A DNA stretch of 63,979 nt, counting the filler, from Octopus bimaculoides (lineage: Eukaryota), in the NCBI RefSeq assembly GCF_001194135.2. It is 6 parts of 6 records of this genome, joined end to end, with 100 filler letters (N's around TTAATTAATTAA, not from the genome) between each part and the next. Parts side by side here need not be neighbours in the genome. Positions count along the whole stretch, not along the records: positions 19,827 to 44,209 come from NC_068984.1; positions 44,310 to 51,689 come from NC_068998.1; 4 more parts are not named here. The stretch is one strand, 5' to 3'. Positions within the stretch are counted from its first letter, which is position 1; every line of letters begins with the position of its first letter. The position numbers were made by a program, and so were the translations under genes. Positions 38,350 through 50,773 of this stretch are shown one piece after another. A model generated the notes under the pieces. It saw nothing but the letters and a program-made list of their open reading frames with translations. It did not search any database and was not told the origin of the DNA.

Positions 38350-39790
38350 GTGGTCCATTTTCTCGACGGAAGGAGGGACCGGTTAAATTGCTCGGGGTCT
38401 GATATGGTCCAGATCTCAAGGTGGAGAAGAACTGGGATAAAGTGATGAGTAAGGTGGCCAATCTCACACAGAAATGGGCCGAGAGAAAGCTATACCTGAA
38501 AGGTCGGAGAAGGGTGGCGAACGTATACATCGCCTCCGTCATATATTATCGCCTGACCGTCGTGCCTTGCTCTAGTTTACGTCCGACCAAGCTGGAGTGA
38601 GTACTCTTCTACTTTCTGTGGAAAGGGGGCATTCCACTGGTTAGGCGCTCCGTTTGCTGTCAACATCCACTGAATGGATGGCTGGGCATGCCGTGGTTAG
38701 GCGCTCCGTTTGCTGTCAACATCCACTGAATGGATGGCTGGGCATGCCGTGGTTAGGCGCTCCGTTTGCTGTCAACATNNNNNNNNNNNNNNNNNNNNNN
38801 NNNNNNNNNNNNNNNNNNNNNNNNNNNNNNNNNNNNNNNNNNNNNNNNNNNNNNNNNNNNNNNNNNNNNNNNNNNNNNNNNNNNNNNNNNNNNNNNNNNN
38901 NNNNNNNNNNNNNNNNNNNNNNNNNNNNNNNNNNNNNNNNNNNNNNNNNNNNNNNNNNNNNNNNNNNNNNNNNNNNNNNNNNNNNNNNNNNNNNNNNNNN
39001 NNNNNNNNNNNNNNNNNNNNNNNNNNNNNNNNNNNNNNNNNNNNNNNNNNNNNNNNNNNNNNNNNNNNNNNNNNNNNNNNNNNNNNNNNNNNNNNNNNNN
39101 NNNNNNNNNNNNNNNNNNNNNNNNNNNNNNNNNNNNNNNNNNNNNNNNNNNNNNNNNNNNNNNNNNNNNNNNNNNNNNNNNNNNNNNNNNNNNNNNNNNN
39201 NNNNNNNNNNNNNNNNNNNNNNNNNNNNNNNNNNNNNNNNNNNNNNNNNNNNNNNNNNNNNNNNNNNNNNNNNNNNNNNNNNNNNNNNNNNNNNNNNNNN
39301 NNNNNNNNNNNNNNNNNNNNNNNNNNNNNNNNNNNNNNNNNNNNNNNNNNNNNNNNNNNNNNNNNNNNNNNNNNNNNNNNNNNNNNNNNNNNNNNNNNNN
39401 NNNNNNNNNNNNNNNNNNNNNNNNNNNNNNNNNNNNNNNNNNNNNNNNNNNNNNNNNNNNNNNNNNNNNNNNNNNNNNNNNNNNNNNNNNNNNNNNNNNN
39501 NNNNNNNNNNNNNNNNNNNNNNNNNNNNNNNNNNNNNNNNNNNNNNNNNNTGGTGCGAGTGAACGGGCCTACTATAAGCATGCGCCTCTAGATCGAGGGT
39601 AGATGGAGTAGAACGGGTACTTGCCCTACTTGTCAGGGCGATCGTGGCTTTTATGTGGTTTCCACAAGCAACCCTCGGAAGATTTACTTGTTACAATTTT
39701 TATTATTATTGCCTTTTTTACACCATTCAATCCCACTGTACCGGCCCCAATCTTTTTTGTATATGAACCCACAGTGGTTAATAGAGAAAG
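38350..39790 (+). mobile_element. 5'-truncated Tx1/L1-like LINE spanning a gap
   Basis: GPVKLLGV*YGPDLKVEKNWDKVMSKVANLTQKWAERKL.LKGR...LFYFLWKGGIPLVRRSVCCQHPLNGWLGMPWL before the gap; VRVNGPTISMRL* and a 3' UTR after it. Confidence 0.8.
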
Positions 39791-39791
39791 A

Positions 39792-40185
39792 ATTATTATT
39801 ATTATTGTTCAGTAGTTTTTATTTTTATAACGTGCTTTCACTTCACTACCGAGCGCAGCTCTGTGCGCCTTGGGTATGTGCTAGTTACTGCATTGGAAGT
39901 GTTTTGCGTAGGATGTGTGCAGTGCCTAGTGGAGCTACTTTTCTGCATGTTATATATATTTGTTAGCCCTGGTGTTTTTGTTATGTATTTGTCTGAATTT
40001 TTTTTTTATTTTACCTAAGGCACCTACTATGATAGGAATTGTTTCTGTCTTTAGATTCCACATTCGAGTTACTTCTATTTCCAGGTCTTTGTATTTTCAT
40101 AGTTTCTCCATTTCTTTTAGAGAAACGTTGTCATCTGTTGGTATAGTAGTCCTATGGTGGTTATTTTGTGATAGTTTTCTAGCTA
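39792..40185 (-). mobile_element. R4/Dong-like (REL endonuclease) LINE 3' end with (AAT)n tail
   Basis: Minus translation KYKDLEIEVTRMWNLKTETIPIIVGALGKI, then LGTAHILRK. Confidence 0.85.
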
Positions 40186-40224
40186 TATAAGGCCTCTACC
40201 ACCTTCGATACGTTGTATATATAA

Positions 40225-40226
40225 CC

Positions 40227-40286
<60 letters not shown>

Positions 40287-40420
40287 GTTTGACTTTTGCT
40301 TTATATTTGTACAAGTTGGATCCAAGTCTCACCCAGAGACCTCAAGAGACAACAAGTTAGAAGTTCATGTAGGTGTTATGCCTAGGGTACTATATATTTG
40401 GATTTGTACATAGTGTTGTT
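40225..40420 (-). mobile_element. 3' UTR end of a related R4-like LINE with a long (AAT)n tail
   Basis: ...GTCTCTTGAGGTCTCTGGGTGAGACTTGGATCC...CAAAAGTCAAACAT(AAT)n. Assignment is from memory of such 3' ends. Confidence 0.5.
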
Positions 40421-41199
40421 GTTCTTCTTATTATTATCATTATCATTATTATTATTATTTTTATTTCCTGACCCAGTCAGTCATTATTTTCAAGTTGCTC
40501 TTCCAAAAAATGAATAATTACTTGATAGATTTGTGTATTTTTTCTAAAACTTACTCACAAATAGATAACTTCGAAAAGCTTTGAGTTTTCACCAAAAAAG
40601 TTTACAGAAAAAAAAAGTTTTGGTATTTAAAAAAAACTTTTTTACTTTCTTGCTGATGGCTTACAAAAATCGCTTCCAAATTTCGAAGCCACGCCTCTCG
40701 AAAGAAATCTTTAGAGAAGCAAGACTGTCATATACAAAACAAACTCGAGGACGAACAAGAAAACATTAATCACAGAGACATCTACATTGCAACAGACTAA
40801 AAACGATATTAATGACTATTTTATCGAGAGCATCGCTTGTTTAAATAATACTAACGTATGTTTGTGAAAACAACATTTGCACATGCGCACGTGCACTCAC
40901 ACACATATACACACAAACACACACGTATACACACACAGACACACACGTATACACACACAGACACACAAACGCACAAACAACATCAAGTGAAAAGATTAAG
41001 CACATTAGAGAGAGGCTCAATTTTACCCACGTGGCAAATCAGGCTTTGGGCATGAGAAGACGTTCCTGGAAGAAAGGGCTTGTTAGGAACTTTCTTCCAG
41101 ACGAAACAGCGTCTCTCTCTTTCTGAAGAATTCATATAAGAATGGGCAAAGAGTAAATTAATTATGCTGCATCATTTAAAGAACAGCAGTAAGTTTTAG

Positions 41200-41700
41200 T
41201 TATCCTTAAAATAACCGCTGGAAGAAGCTGTACACGACATATTGTGTGAAGTTCTGTCGACTGAGTGTAGGAAACCTTTTGGAAGAGAGCATTGTGCTTT
41301 TAGGACAATCAAAAAGCAGGGTGAAATAGTGAAACACCGCACCCCACATGTACCCCAATATCTAGAGTAGAGAAACACGGTAACGAGAAGAAATATGTGT
41401 TGGGGAAGAGTAATGAGGAACTTTCAAATCCTGACGACCCTTGAAAATCACGAGTCTATAAGAAAGCTGTTTGCAGGTGAGGGCGCAGGTGCAGAAGCAT
41501 GAGACTGACGGCTGAAGATAAAAGAACCAGTTGCTAAACATGTGGTAATTACAACCACGTGGAGACCTTTTGATGTAAAGAGTTAGCAAGACTAGGGAAG
41601 TGGAGAGAGAGAGGAAAGAAGTTGCGGCAACAGGATCAGCAGGTTTCTGCTTCTTGAGCATTATCAGACACAGCTCCGATAATAGCGGAGGAAATTACCT
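41200..41700 (+). mobile_element. Heavily decayed LINE ORF1-like remnant
   Basis: VPQYLE and a degenerate knuckle C*TCGNYNHVETF*C parallel 33950-34320. Confidence 0.35.
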
Positions 41701-42329
41701 CGCGATCATTTCTAGAAAAAAGTGAGCGGGCGCATTATCCTTCCACATAGTTAGCTAACAGCATCCCACTCTCCATTGTCTTGTGACGAGCAAGGTGGTA
41801 TGCAGGAAAACCAAGAACAAATCATCGGTGAAAATATATATATAAAAAAAGAGTGCCTCAAAAAAGAGGAGAGGAAAATTGAAAAGAAGCCTCTACGTCT
41901 CAGAAAACCGTCATGAGGTTCACAATAGCGCGACAGGTTGACGTCGATGCAGTCGATATATATATTAAAAGTATCTCTTGAATTTCTTGGCAAAATATTT
42001 TCGGAAGACGTTTTTTTTAAAAACATGTGAACGATAGCTTATTAAGTGAAGTTCTCATCATGAATTTCTGAGTACATGAAAGAAATAGAATCTGAATATG
42101 TTGGGATATTCTTAAACTGCTCTGCTAACTGGTAGGTTTTGGTGTCTCAGAATTAAGCCCAAGAAATGGCGGAAAGGTAGAGCAATTGAGTGACCTGACC
42201 CAACATAACTAGTGGCTAGTTATGCACAGCTGGATATTTTGCATGCGTTTCTAAATAAATTTACATCTTGTGATAATTATTGTATAACATTATTTTATAT
42301 TTATTTCACGTATTTTTGAATTCCTTATC

Positions 42330-42545
42330 CATCTGTTGTACAACGCTACGCCTGTTTCTATGTTGTCCCATATACTCCCTGCACTCGCAATGCTTCATCA
42401 ATCGAAAGGAGGTGGAAGATTCAGTGAAGTTCTTCGCCTCGGAGGACAAGAACTGGTATCTGTGTAGGGTCGAATAACTGGCAGAAAGGTGACTTTAGAC
42501 GGTGCAACACGATGGCCCCTACTTTGAATCCTAGGCTGTTCTTGT
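42330..42545 (+). mobile_element. Mariner transposase C-terminal remnant
   Basis: FINRKEVEDSVKFFASEDKNWYLCRVE*LAER*L*TVQHDGPYFE matches F....EV...V.EFFASK...FY..GI.KL.ERW..VV...G.YF. Confidence 0.6.
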
Positions 42546-42977
42546 AACTTGCTGAATAAAGCAAATAAGTTACCAAACTATTGAATAAATTTTGATTCAA
42601 CACAATAACAACCAGAACCCAATGAATCTTTAACGGGTTGATGCTGAGTTGATAGATAAAGCCTGTTTGAGTTCCAGTATACGGGTGTGTGTGAGGATTA
42701 AATGCGACGATTTAGTCAACCCGTTAAAGAGCATTAAGACTGCAAAGCTGTTGAGATACATCTTGAAGGAACGGTAATAATATATACACAATGGTTTAAC
42801 ATGCAGCTGGTACATAATGATGCTGTATGCGATATAGAATAGGAAAAAAAAAATACGAGACATAACTTCTGCTGGAAGTCAAGAACAAAGGTGCGCGTCA
42901 AAGGATGGCTGAGGTTGTCTGCGAAAATAAAACTTGCTCTCTGCCGAAGATCCGAACTCGATTGTGCAAACCGACCT

Positions 42978-43064
42978 CACTGAAGAAATAGAGGGAAAGG
43001 CTTCCTTATATAGCTAAGGGTAGGCTCCCAGCGTTTTCGTTTGAAGTAGAGGCGGCCTACGTCA
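42978..43064 (-). promoter_or_regulatory. Candidate RNA Pol II promoter: CRE-like site, TATA box, initiator
   Basis: Minus strand: TGACGTA (43058-64), TATATAAG (43005-12) and TCAGTG (42978-83). The first T of the TATA box is 31 nt upstream of the Inr A (42981). Confidence 0.5.
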
Positions 43065-44173
43065 CTATTTATGTGGAAATTATTTGTACTGGTTAGTATG
43101 TATGTATGTATGTATATATGTATGTATGTATGTATGTATGCATGTATGTGTGTATGCATGTATGTGTGTATGTATGTATGTATGTGTGTATGGATGTATG
43201 TATGTATGTATTATGTAAATATGTATGTATGTATATATGTATGTATGCATGTATGTATGTATGTATGTATGCATGTGTGTATGTATGTATGTGTATATGT
43301 ATGTATGTATGCATGTGTATGCATGTATGTATGTATGCATGTATGTGTGTATGCATGTATGTATGTAAATATGTATGTATATATGTATGTATATATGTAT
43401 GTATGCATGTATGTATGCATGTATGTATGTATGTATGTATGTATGTATGCCTGCATATATGTATGCATGCATGGNNNNNNNNNNNNNNNNNNNNNNNNNN
43501 NNNNNNNNNNNNNNNNNNNNNNNNNNNNNNNNNNNNNNNNNNNNNNNNNNNNNNNNNNNNNNNNNNNNNNNNNNNNNNNGTATGTATGTGTATATGTATG
43601 TATGTATGCATGTGTATGCATGTATGTATGTATGCATGTATGTGTGTATGCATGTATGTATGTAAATATGTATGTATATATGTATGTATATATGTATGTA
43701 TGCATGTATGTATGCATGTATGTATGTATGTATGTATGTATGTATGCCTGCATATATGTATGCATGCATGGATGTAGGCATGCATGTAGGCATGTATGTA
43801 TGTATGTATGCATATGAATATATATGAATATATATAACTAGTCCGGCACTTTACAGTTACCTTCGACCTGATTCAGTCTGTTATACTCCAGAAGACGTTA
43901 TAAACCGTCCAACCTCCCTTCACTCACATCTTAACAAACCCCTAGCTCCCCCCCACGCTGTTGATCGACTCTTTACACAACGCAGAACTATTCCAGAAAT
44001 TCACAGCAACAAAAACGAAAATAACAAAACGAAAAAAAATCATCTGAAATCCCACAAAACTACTTGACCACATTTGTACTGACACATATATGGATTTGCA
44101 TACACACACTTTAAGCATGCACATGCATGTACGTACGTACACACACACACACACATACGCACACACACAACTA

Positions 44174-44207
<34 letters not shown>

Positions 44208-44309
44208 CANNNNNNNNNNNNNNNNNNNNNNNNNNNNNNNNNNNNNNNNNNNNTTAATTAATTAANNNNNNNNNNNNNNNNNNNNNNNNNNNNNNNNNNN
44301 NNNNNNNNN

Positions 44310-44609
44310 AAAAACCGTTTTTCCTTCCCGTTTAAAGGAAGGTGGCGGAACAATATTCACGATAGACTCGGCTGATAAGTGGGCTCGTCCCACACGCGAC
44401 AACAGCCGTTCGACGAAGGTCCACAGCTCTGAAATATCTGGACACTGCACGAGTGCGTGCAGAACGGTTTCGTCGCTCTGACCGCATCTCGGGCAGGTCG
44501 GTCCGGTGGTTTTCGAACCGTGTCTGTAGATCTTCTCTCGAACTGGTAGTGCGTCTCGATAGCATTGCCAAGCCAGGGATCTCTGGAAATTATCCATAGG
44601 CCCCGGCCC
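44310..44609 (-). mobile_element. Tx1/L1-like LINE fragment (zf-RVT region)
   Basis: MDNFQRSLAWQCYRDALPVREKIYRHG...CPRCGQSDETVLHALVQC contains C-x2-C...H...C. Confidence 0.85.
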
Positions 44610-44689
44610 TAACTACAAACAAGATGAGGACAAATATACGTCAAATGTAAATAATGTACATAATTCCTCAACTCTCAAATATAGAACTG
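44610..44689 (+). mobile_element. Family D 3' fragment, downstream of the hammerhead
   Basis: AACTACAAACAAGATGAGGACAAATATACGTCAAATGTAAATAATGTACATAATTCCTCA...ATAGAACTG matches 30212-30310. Confidence 0.8.
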
Positions 44690-45363
44690 AATATTATTAT
44701 TATTATTATCTGAAGATTCTAGCTAAGACGTCTCTATTTCCTGCCGTATATCATCATTGTCTATTGCATATATCCTAAGCTATTTACTCGTTATGCCATT
44801 ATTCTAAGACAGGTCCTTAGCCATCAATCATGTCTTCTCCCCATCCCCTCTCTCTCCGTATGAGCTGATTGCTGGATACAGTTCTGGCTTGAAAGCTTTT
44901 CAATTCACTTACAATACTACGAATATAGATTTCTCACACGTCAACTGTTCAACACCGTAAAGTTGCTGCAGAGGGAGTGACGACGGGGCGGTGGTTTCCG
45001 TCGATTCGGTCAAACCCAGTTTACATATCTTTTATTCTTTAGCTTGTTTCATTCATTGGACTGCAGCATTGCTCAGGCATCGCCATTTCACTGGCACTAT
45101 ATTTAAATCGAGCCCCCGAAAGTGTAAAAGGAAAATTTGACCTTGGTGGGATTTGAACTCATGATGTAAAAAGACTCAGAACAAATACTGAAAAAAAAAA
45201 GTATGTCATCGAACGCTTTAACAATTCTGCCAGCTTTCTATCGTTTGACCTAGAGCTCATGTATTATGATTTAGTCACAAGGTCACACATATTTTGGAGG
45301 AAGAAGCAGTTGATGTATTCGCTGGTAAATGAAATATTATTTGAGCAAAACTTATCGTTCCTC

Positions 45364-45458
<95 letters not shown>

Positions 45459-46033
45459 GAAGGAGAGAGAGATTGGCCACATCCACGGACACACCATTCT
45501 CTTCACTACAGCCACACTGTTGACTCACTAAAAAAGAAAGATTGGCTCTTATTGGCAAGGCTTTCATAAATGAAAAACACAGTCAATCTTTGTGTTTCAG
45601 CTGTCGTTGGTCGATAAAATAAGTATCAGTGAAATGCTGTGAGTTTAATAATAAACATTATTGAATTATCATATACATGCTGAACACTGAGAATAAAAGC
45701 GTTGACCTCCATAGTCATATGCCTTACGTTCCGCTAGTTTTGCCTGCAAATGTGTTTGTTAATCATTGTTTCATTTCTTTCTCAGAGAATACCTTTTAGA
45801 CACAATCGATTCATTGATGTAAGGGGACTTTGAGACACCGCTGTTTTAAGCTTGTTATGTCTCTTCAGTGAAATTTACTTTGCGATAAAGGAAACTAAAC
45901 AAGAATGATAAGTTTTCTTTTTTACTTCCAGTAATTTTACAAAATCATACTTTCGTACAAGTTTCTCATTTTTAGAGAAAGAAGAAAAAAATTCAGATGG
46001 TTACACTTAAATTCTTATCTTTCGTCTTTTACA

Positions 46034-46231
46034 TTTTACTTGTTTCAGCCATTGAACTGCGACCATGCTGGATCAAAGCTTTGAAGCTTTTTGTCGAGCA
46101 AATCGACCATAGTATTTAATGTAATGCTGGTACTTATTCTATCGATCTCTTTTTCCTAACAGCTAAGTTATGGAGACGTACGCAAGCCAACACATATCGT
46201 CAATCGGTGGGTGGGACAAACACAGGCACAA

Positions 46232-46283
<52 letters not shown>

Positions 46284-46456
46284 ACACACACGCACATACA
46301 CGATGGGTTTCAACACAGTTTCCGTCTACCAAACTCACTCACAATGCAGTGGTTGATTCGGTACTATAGCAGAGGACACATGCTTAGGATATCGCACCGT
46401 GGGACTGAACTCAAAATCACGTTACTGAAAAGCGAGTTTTTTCACCACACAGCCAT
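46034..46456 (-). mobile_element. SINE family A copy with internal (CA)n
   Basis: Same head, body and tail order as 22044-22521. Confidence 0.8.
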
Positions 46457-48409
46457 GTTCTTCGCCAAGATGTTGAAAATTCATATTTTACAGGAATGAA
46501 AAGAGTTAATCAGCTCTCCATAGATTTCACCTGATTACATATTAAGGTGATGAGAAAAACGCAGGTACTTGATATTCAATTTCATTTACTTCACCTGTGA
46601 GAAGTTTATCGTTTTATTTATTTCGGAAGCAAAAATTAAAATCGTAACATTACTATGTGGCTGACTTTGGATATCTATAAATATCCAATTTGGTGTGAAG
46701 ATACGGCGATTGGTGATTTTAGATTCGATGTCTTTAGAGAGAAAGATATCAAAGAAAACCATTGATTTTTTTCCGTCTTTCTATAAATTCTACATGAAGC
46801 TTTTCTGAGCATGAAAATATGATATTTTTTTGTTATTTATTTAGCTTGTGGATATAACAGAAGTTCTGTAACAAGATAATGATCTCGCAGCTAACTTAGT
46901 CAGCAGACAAACGATAAGTTATGCATTTTATTCATTACTTCCATGAACCAATAAAAGTAGCGTCAACGTGAGTGCTCCACTTACTAGATAGAGCAAACGG
47001 TTACTTCTCCAACTCACACCTTAACGTCATAAGACAGGCGATACATTATGGGAAATGTAATCTTACTTGCACAAAACGTAAAGTAAGACAGGATAATCAT
47101 GGCTGGAATACCTATGATCACTGAATGTGTGTGTAACGAAAGAGTTATGGCTGTTTAAAGGCACAACGAAGTTACGATATATCTTAAGTGGTTAGAGTGG
47201 AAATGAACAATGTTATATCTGGATATATGAAAGCAGCTTTAACAAAAGATTACATAACTGTTGCTTTGATTTCATTTTTCCATCAGGAACATGAAAAAGA
47301 AAACCAATATCTTGTCAAGATATTATAGGATTTATAGACCAATGCGTTTCCTACTTCGAGTCAACGCTGTAATGAATCTGCCAAGACATACATACATACA
47401 TACATACACACTCATACGTACATACATATTTACATACACACATACATACATTTATACATATATATATATATANNNNNNNNNNNNNNNNNNNNNNNNNNNN
47501 NNNNNNNNNNNNNNNNNNNNNNNNNNNNNNNNNNNNNNNNNNNNNNNNNNNNNNNNNNNNNNNNNNNNNNNNNNNNNNNNNNNNNNNNNNNNNNNNNNNN
47601 NNNNNNNNNNNNNNNNNNNNNNNNNNNNNNNNNNNNNNNNNNNNNNNNNNNNNNNNNNNNNNNNNNNNNNNNNNNNNNNNNNNNNNNNNNNNNNNNNNNN
47701 NNNNNNNNNNNNNNNNNNNNNNNNNNNNNNNNNNNNNNNNNNNNNNNNNNNNNNNNNNNNNNNNNNNNNNNNNNNNNNNNNNNNNNNNNNNNNNNNNNNN
47801 NNNNNNNNNNNNNNNNNNNNNNNNNNNNNNNNNNNNNNNNNNNNNNNNNNNNNNNNNNNNNNNNNNNNNNNNNNNNNNNNNNNNNNNNNNNNNNNNNNNN
47901 NNNNNNNNNNNNNNNNNNNNNNNNNNNNNNNNNNNNNNNNNNNNNNNNNNNNNNNNNNNNNNNNNNNNNNNNNNNNNNNNNNNNNNNNNNNNNNNNNNNN
48001 NNNNNNNNNNNNNNNNNNNNNNNNNNNNNNNNNNNNNNNNNNNNNNNNNNNNNNNNNNNNNNNNNNNNNNNNNNNNNNNNNNNNNNNNNNNNNNNNNNNN
48101 NNNNNNNNNNNNNNNNNNNNNNNNNNNNNNNNNNNNNNNNNNNNNNNNNNNNNNNNNNNNNNNNNNNNNNNNNNNNNNNNNNNNNNNNNNNNNNNNNNNN
48201 NNNNNNATATATATATATATATATATATATATACAGGGGATCACATAAGTAGAAAAAAAAAGGTGGGGGGAAATAGTACTCGAATACCAAAGGTGTATAC
48301 TTCTTATTAAACCGGCAAAATTATCACAGAGCTGTTACTCAGAGTTTTACGTCCCCGTTCGCCAGACAGTTGTGGTCACATCTGTCCGACGAACGGGAAT
48401 ATATATGCA

Positions 48410-48562
48410 ACGGTTTCGTCCAGTTACCGTCAACTAAATCCACTCACAAGTATTTGGTCGGCCCGGTAGCGATAATAGGAAATACGTGCCCGCGATAATA
48501 GGAAATACGTGCCCGCGCTGTGGTACTGAACCCAGAACGACATGGTTGGGAAGCAACGCCTT
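48410..48562 (-). mobile_element. SINE family A head with an internal 23-bp duplication
   Basis: AAATCCACTCACAAG..TTTGGTCGGCCCG; GCGATAATAGGAAATACGTGCCC occurs twice. Confidence 0.65.
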
Positions 48563-48876
48563 TATATATTTATTCGTTCACATATATGTACCTGTATACA
48601 TATATATACACACACATTATTATATGTATGCATATACGATACCGTTATAGATGCCTAGATATAGATATATATATATATGTGGGTATCTATATATTAATTC
48701 ATACATAAATACATATAGTCGGCTGCGCATGCGCGCTTTGTGTTAGGTTGTTGTTTATGCATGTATGTTATATATTCCTCCTAATTACCTGGATTCACCC
48801 TCTGAACGGGGAGCGGAATTCAGGCCGAGAAAAATAAACCTCCATCGTCGTAATTTCAATAACTAAACCAATTAAT

Positions 48877-49212
48877 GGAGGCACAATGGCCCAGTGGTTA
48901 GGGCAGCGGACTCGCGGTCGGACGATCGCGGTTTCGATTCCCAGACCGGGCGTTGTGGTGTGTGTTTACTGAGCAAAAACATCTAAAGCTCCACGAGGCT
49001 CCGGCAGGGGGTTTGTGTGGGGTTTCGACCCCTGTTGTGCTCTTTCGCCCCAACTTTCTCTCACTCTTTCTTCCTGTTTCTTGAGTAAAAGCTGCGATGG
49101 ACTGGCTTCCCGTCCAGCTGGGGAGGAACACATACGCCATAGAAACCGGGAAACCAGGCCCATGAGCCTGGCTACGCTTTAGAAAGGGCGCATAAATAAA
49201 ATAAAAATAAAA
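48877..49212 (+). mobile_element. Full-length tRNA-derived SINE (family C)
   Basis: A box TGGCCCAGTGG, B box GTTTCGATTCCC and an A-rich (AAATA)n tail. Flanks AAACCAATTAAT / AAAACAATGAAT look like an imperfect TSD. Confidence 0.85.
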
Positions 49213-50345
49213 CAATGAATATCATACGCTAAATCTTAGAGAAGTTTTTCAGATCTCTATTGTTCCAATTACAAATTGTATTTGTAGCATCTATGGTAGT
49301 TGGACCTTTTCTACGGCTTGAAAACCTTAGCTTTTTCACTAAGCATAGTGCACCAATAATAATCGCTATAGATGTGATGTTTTAATCTAGATAGAGAAGT
49401 TGCAGGATTAGATGCCATTAACCGTAAATATAGTGTTTTTCATTAATTTCAAAAGAAACGTTACATATGAAGCAGTTTGATCTCTCTGATTGTTCATGAT
49501 TTTTCGTTTCTTCTCAGAGAGTACCAACACCTTTTATGTTTGCACTTGAAATAAGATTTGCGATGAGAAACGTTCCACCGATTATCTTATTATCGGTGGT
49601 GCCTAATATATGTTACGTTATGCATTCACTAACAGGAGGAATTGTCTTATGTTTATCCCAGAGTAGTGTTTTCCAATGACGGCATTGTGCATTGTTTTAT
49701 CAACACCGCTATACCGCATTGTACGTATGTACGTATGTCTTATGTATCTATGTATGTAAATATGTATGAATGTATGCATACAAACGTGCATGCATGAAGG
49801 CATGTTTGTGTGTGTGTGTGTGTGTATGCGTGCGTGTGCGTGTGTGTGCGTGTGTGTATGTCTCTGTGTGTGATTATGTAAATATGTACGTACGTATGTT
49901 CGCATACGTGTGAATATATGATCACATACGGGTGTATGTATGTATGTATTTACAGGACAATTATAGCCTTGCAATCGTAATGTCATCACCAACGCCCCCC
50001 CCCACACACACACACACATACACCCTGCATCGTTACCATTGACAACATGCCCTCACGGATCAGTTATTAATTCTCTATTATCTCTTCTTTAATAAATGTA
50101 TTCTTTCATCTATAATCCATTCCGCCTCCGTTACTCCGTTTAATTGTACGCGGCTTTCATTGTGTATGTGTGTTAGACTCAGGGTGTGTGTGTTCGTGTA
50201 TGCTTGAAAATCTATTGTGGATGCGTATGTCTCGAGTATGTACGTTCGTGTTTGCGTGTGCCTGTGCAACAATGTTTGCCCTTGTAAATGTATGAGTGTG
50301 TGTATGTTGTCCATCAGTATATGTAGATTCCCCAATCGATATATG

Positions 50346-50380
<35 letters not shown>

Positions 50381-50725
50381 NNNNNNNNNNNNNNNNNNNN
50401 NNNNNNNNNNNNNNNNNNNNNNNNNNNNNNNNNNNNNNNNNNNNNNNNNNNNNNNNNNNNNNNNNNNNNNNNNNNNNNNNNNNNNNNNNNNNNNNNNNNN
50501 NNNNNNNNNNNNNNNNNNNNNNNNNNNNNNNNNNNNNNNNNNNNNNNNNNNNNNNNNNNNNNNNNNNNNNNNNNNNNNNNNNNNNNNNNNNNNNNNNNNN
50601 NNNNNNNNNNNNNNNNNNNNNNNNNNNNNNNNNNNNTATATATATATATACATTTTTGATTTATATAAATGCGTGTTTGTGTTTGTCAGTGTGTGCGTGA
50701 GTGTGCGTGTGTGTACATGTGTGTA

Positions 50726-50773
<48 letters not shown>

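Noticed and set aside
38639-38778. 56-bp unit repeated 2.5 times in the Tx1-like LINE
   Set aside because: It runs straight into a gap and the copies are identical. A read-end or assembly artefact is as likely as a real minisatellite.
43280-43775. About 195 bp of variant (TATG)n repeated on both sides of a gap
   Set aside because: An identical sequence on both gap edges indicates unmerged overlapping contig ends.
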